From: an uncultured Thermoleophilia bacterium
GTDB lineage: Bacteria; Actinomycetota; Thermoleophilia; Gaiellales; Gaiellaceae
Length of the DNA stretch: 64,000 bases
Assembly: GCA_963799575.1 (NCBI GenBank)
Contig: CAWCXK010000009.1
Span: forward strand, 93,890 to 157,889
Direction of reading: 5' to 3'
In this document: in pieces, positions 60,731 to 64,000 of the stretch
Position numbering within the stretch: position 1 is the first letter of the stretch
Layout of the letters: each line of letters begins with the position of its first letter
Notes under the pieces: generated by a model
Seen by the model: only the letters and a program-made list of their open reading frames with translations
What the model was told of the DNA's origin: nothing
Databases searched by the model: none
Translations under genes and position numbers: made by a program

Positions 60731-60797
60731 CTGGCCGAACCGCCAGTGTGCCGTCCAGACCATCCCGGCAGCCACCCCGTCAGCTCAGGAGACCCGC

Positions 60798-61925
60798 GTG
60801 AAGATCACCGATGTCGAGGCCATCGTCCTACGGCAGGCGGATGTGAACGAGGGGATCGCCGACGGAAGCCAGGACGATCTCGTCGTCCGAATTCACACCG
60901 ACGAGGGCATCACGGGCATCGGTGAGGTCGACTCGTCGCCCGAGCTCGTCCAGGCCCTCGTGCAGGCGCCGAGCTCGCACGCTGTCGCCGTCAGCCTGCG
61001 TGACGTGCTGATCGGCGAAGACCCGATGGACGTCGAGCGGCTCTGGCAGAAGATGTATCGCGGCCTCATCTACTTCGGGCGGCGCGGGATTGCGATCCAC
61101 GCGATCAGCGGCCTCGACATCGCCCTCTGGGACATCAAGGGCAAGGCGCTCGGCAAGCCGGTCTGCGAGCTGCTCGGTACGCCACAGCGCGACCGGGTGC
61201 GCGCGTATGCCTCGATGCTGATGCCCGATACGACGGCAGAGGTGACCGAGGCGGTCACGGCGCTGAAGGAGCAGAACTTCACCGCGGTCAAGCTCGGCTG
61301 GGGGCCGCTCGGAAAGGACTCCAAGCAGGACGTTGCCCTTGCCGCGGCCGCCAAGGAGGCCGCGGGCGACAGCGTCGAGATCATGATCGACGCGGGTCTC
61401 GGCTACGTCGCCGACGCGAAGCGGGCGATCGAGGTCGCGCGCGAGTACGAGCGGATCGGCATCTACTGGCTGGAGGAGCCGTTCGAGCCCGACGAGTACG
61501 AGGCGTACGCCGAGCTCGCCGACGCCGTCGACATCCGCGTCACCGCCGGCGAGCAGGATGCGACCTGGTGGGGCTTCAGGGAGCTGATCGACCGGGCGCA
61601 CGTCGACCTCGTGCAGCCGGACGTGACGCGCTGTGGCGGCATCACCGAGACGCTCAAGATCGCCGAGCTCGCCCACTCTCAGGGCAAGGAGACCGTCCCG
61701 CACGCGTGGAAGAGCGGCATCATCAAGGCTGCCTCGCTCCACTGCAACGCGGTGATGCCCGACGGCATCTGGCAGGAGTACTGCGTCGCCGATACGCCGA
61801 TCGCGAAGACGTTGACCGTCCAGCGCCTGCCGATCGAGGCCGACGGGTACGTCGCGGTCCCGACCACGCCGGGCCTCGGCGTCGATCTCGACGAGGACGT
61901 GCTCGAGAGCCTGAGGGTCGGCTGA
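60798..61925 (+). CDS. Mandelate racemase/muconate lactonizing enzyme family protein
   Basis: SGLDIALWD, AVKLG, IDAG, LEEP, AGE, PH; AGGAG RBS. Confidence 0.9.
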   Translation: MKITDVEAIVLRQADVNEGIADGSQDDLVVRIHTDEGITGIGEVDSSPELVQALVQAPSSHAVAVSLRDVLIGEDPMDVERLWQKMYRGLIYFGRRGIAIHAISGLDIALWDIKGKALGKPVCELLGTPQRDRVRAYASMLMPDTTAEVTEAVTALKEQNFTAVKLGWGPLGKDSKQDVALAAAAKEAAGDSVEIMIDAGLGYVADAKRAIEVAREYERIGIYWLEEPFEPDEYEAYAELADAVDIRVTAGEQDATWWGFRELIDRAHVDLVQPDVTRCGGITETLKIAELAHSQGKETVPHAWKSGIIKAASLHCNAVMPDGIWQEYCVADTPIAKTLTVQRLPIEADGYVAVPTTPGLGVDLDEDVLESLRVG

Positions 61926-63241
61926 TGAGCCTCACCTCGTCCGAAGCCGCAGCCCGCCTCGCCGCCCGCGCCTCGGCCGTGATCCCCGGCGGCGTCAACA
62001 GCGGCCAGCGCCGCGTCCCCGGCCTCGAGGACCTCATCATCACTGCGACGAGCGGATCGACGTTCACCGACGGCGACGGTCGCACCTATACGGACTACCA
62101 CGCCGCCTTCGGCCCGCCGCTCCTCGGCCACAACGATCCCGACGTCGACGCCGCCGCGGCAGCAGCCGGCCGCTCGCTCGGACTGATGGGGATCGGTGTC
62201 ACGCAGGTCGAGATCGAGCTCGCCGAGCGCCTCGTCGCCGCCGTGCCCTCGCTCGAGAAGGTGCTGCTCACGTGCACGGGAAGCGAGGCCACCTTCCACG
62301 CGCTCCGCCTCTCCCGCACCGCCACCGGCCGGCGCCACGTGATCAAGTTCCAGGGCTGCTACCACGGCTGGCACGACTCGGTGGCGATGAACGTGATCTC
62401 GCCGGCCGAGCGCGTCGGCACCAAGGATCCGCTCTCGGGCGGCATGCTGCCCGAGGTCGTCGCCGCCACGATCGTCTGCCCGTTCAACGACGCCGTCGCC
62501 GTGGAGCGTGCGCTCGACGAGCACGACGGCGACGTCGCCGCGATCATCATCGAGCCGATCCCGCACAACATCGGTGCGGTGCTGCCGCAGCCGGGATTCC
62601 TCGAGCGGTTGCGCGAGCTTGCGACGAAGCACGGCACCGTGCTGATCTTCGACGAGGTGATCACCGGGTTCCGCCACGGGATCGGTGGCTACCAGTCCGT
62701 CGCGGGCGTGACCCCCGACCTGACGACGCTCGGCAAGGCGATGGCGAACGGCTGGCCCGTCTCGGCGCTCGGCGGCAAGGCCGAGCTGATGGACCTCTTC
62801 TCCACCACGCCGGGACAGCCCGCGTTCTTCGCCGGCACGTTCAACGGCCATCCCGCGACGACCGCTGCCGCCCTCGCCACGATCGAGAAGCTCGAGAACG
62901 AGCCGGTGCACGAGCACGTCTTCCGGCTCGGCGAGCGCGCCCGCACCGGCCTGACGGAGATCTACGACCGCCTCGGCGTGCCGGCCGTCGTCTCCGGCTT
63001 CGGCTCGGTGTTCGTCACCTACTTCCTCGAAGGGCCGGTCGTGAGCTACGACGACCTCCTCCGCAACGACGTCGACCTGTTCGTCGGCTACCGGCGCGAG
63101 ATGATGAAGGACGGCATCTTCGAGCTGCCGCTGAACCTCAAGCGAAGCCACTTCTCGTACGCCCACGTCGACGAGGACGTCGACCGCCTGCTCGCGGCGA
63201 CCGAGGCCGCCGTGACCCGCCACCTGGAGGCCCGCGCATGA
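61925..63241 (+). CDS. Class III PLP aminotransferase (GSA-aminomutase-like)
   Basis: IPGGVNS, GSEAT, YHG, FDEVITGFR, LGKAMANG, GTFNGHP. Confidence 0.9.
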   Translation: MSLTSSEAAARLAARASAVIPGGVNSGQRRVPGLEDLIITATSGSTFTDGDGRTYTDYHAAFGPPLLGHNDPDVDAAAAAAGRSLGLMGIGVTQVEIELAERLVAAVPSLEKVLLTCTGSEATFHALRLSRTATGRRHVIKFQGCYHGWHDSVAMNVISPAERVGTKDPLSGGMLPEVVAATIVCPFNDAVAVERALDEHDGDVAAIIIEPIPHNIGAVLPQPGFLERLRELATKHGTVLIFDEVITGFRHGIGGYQSVAGVTPDLTTLGKAMANGWPVSALGGKAELMDLFSTTPGQPAFFAGTFNGHPATTAAALATIEKLENEPVHEHVFRLGERARTGLTEIYDRLGVPAVVSGFGSVFVTYFLEGPVVSYDDLLRNDVDLFVGYRREMMKDGIFELPLNLKRSHFSYAHVDEDVDRLLAATEAAVTRHLEARA

Positions 63242-64000
63242 GCGATACACCCGTTTCGTGCTCGATCGACGTCACCGCCCCCGGCAAGCACGTCGGCCAT
63301 CTCGCCTTTCCGAAGATCACCAACACGGCCGGCTGGGCGACCCAGCACGTCCACATCGCCTCGATCGCGAACGGCGAAGGGCCGACCGTGCTCGTGCTCG
63401 GCGGGAACCACGGCGACGAGTACGAGGGGCAAGTTGCTGCGCTGCGCCTCCTGCAGGAACTCGAGCCCGAGCAGGTGACAGGACGCGTGATCGTCATCCC
63501 GGTCCTCTCGCCGGCAGCCTCGAAGGCGAACACCCGCAACTGGCCGTCAGGCGCCAACTTCAACCGCTCGTTCCCCGGCCGCCCCGACGGCCCGGGCAAC
63601 GAGCAGCTCGCCGACTTCCTCACGCGGAAGCTCTTCCCGCTCGCCGATGTGGTCATCGACATGCACTCCGGCGGCCGCACGGCCTGGTTCATCCCGTGCT
63701 CGCACATGCACGTCGTCGCCGACCCGGTGCAGCGCAAGGCGATGCTCGAGGGCATGGAGGCCTGGAACAGCGACTTCCACTTCCTCTACATCGACGTCAA
63801 CGGCACCGGTCTCTTGCCGGTCGAGGCGGAGAATCAGGGCAAGATCGTGATCACGACCGAGCTCGGCGGCGGTGGCCGCGTCCCGGCGCACGTCAATCGG
63901 CTCGCGTGGAGTGGGCTCAACAACGTCTTGCGCCACGTGGGCGTGCTCGAGGGTGAGGTGCAGACGCGCGCGTCACTCGGATTGCCGCCGGCGGTGATCC
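63238..64000 (+). CDS. AstE/AspA-family Zn deacylase (DoeB-like), partial at window end
   Basis: ATGA overlap with upstream gene; GGNHGDEYEG, NRSFPG, DMHSGG, TELGGGG; open to window end. Confidence 0.9.
   Translation, partial: MSDTPVSCSIDVTAPGKHVGHLAFPKITNTAGWATQHVHIASIANGEGPTVLVLGGNHGDEYEGQVAALRLLQELEPEQVTGRVIVIPVLSPAASKANTRNWPSGANFNRSFPGRPDGPGNEQLADFLTRKLFPLADVVIDMHSGGRTAWFIPCSHMHVVADPVQRKAMLEGMEAWNSDFHFLYIDVNGTGLLPVEAENQGKIVITTELGGGGRVPAHVNRLAWSGLNNVLRHVGVLEGEVQTRASLGLPPAVI

Noticed and set aside
61925-63241. hemL assignment
   Set aside because: GSA-like fold but no heme genes nearby and a catabolic context; left as class III aminotransferase
59656-64000. Canonical ectoine degradation (doe/eut) cluster
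   Set aside because: No DoeA/EutD, EutB/C or ectoine transporter visible; only DoeB-like genes

Overview
High-GC bacterial DNA. The gene content suggests Actinomycetota, probably Thermoleophilia/Gaiellales-like (inference). The window has four parts. (1) 1-2636: two convergent oxidoreductase genes, a pair of AT-rich palindromes and tRNA-Arg(TCT). (2) About 2637-30568: a ~28 kb genomic island bounded by a perfect 49-bp direct repeat of the tRNA-Arg 3' end. It has no intact integrase. It carries IS256 and IS481 remnants, an internal tRNA-Thr(GGT) 3' fragment next to a tyrosine-integrase remnant, and cargo genes (GGDEF/HD-GYP, HtrA-like protease, P450, arylsulfatase, LLM, TrxB-like/XRE-cupin/MMPL module, F420-dependent reductase) plus many gene fragments. 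(3) About 30.7-49 kb: CoA-transferase and HMG-CoA lyase, then an amino-sugar/sugar-acid catabolic locus with an ABC importer, two HutC-type GntR regulators, GH4, BadF kinase, NagB, ROK, ManD-like dehydratase and a lactonase. (4) About 49-64 kb: an iodotyrosine-deiodinase-like/SDR/P450 gene run, then an uncharacterised divergent catabolic cluster with two paralogous AstE/AspA (DoeB-like) deacylases, a C-N hydrolase, a ceramidase-like protein, two enolase-superfamily enzymes, a class III aminotransferase, a fused E1 alpha-beta and a VOC protein. Several single-base frameshifts in otherwise intact genes suggest assembly indel errors. All calls come from motif recognition by eye; no database searches were run.
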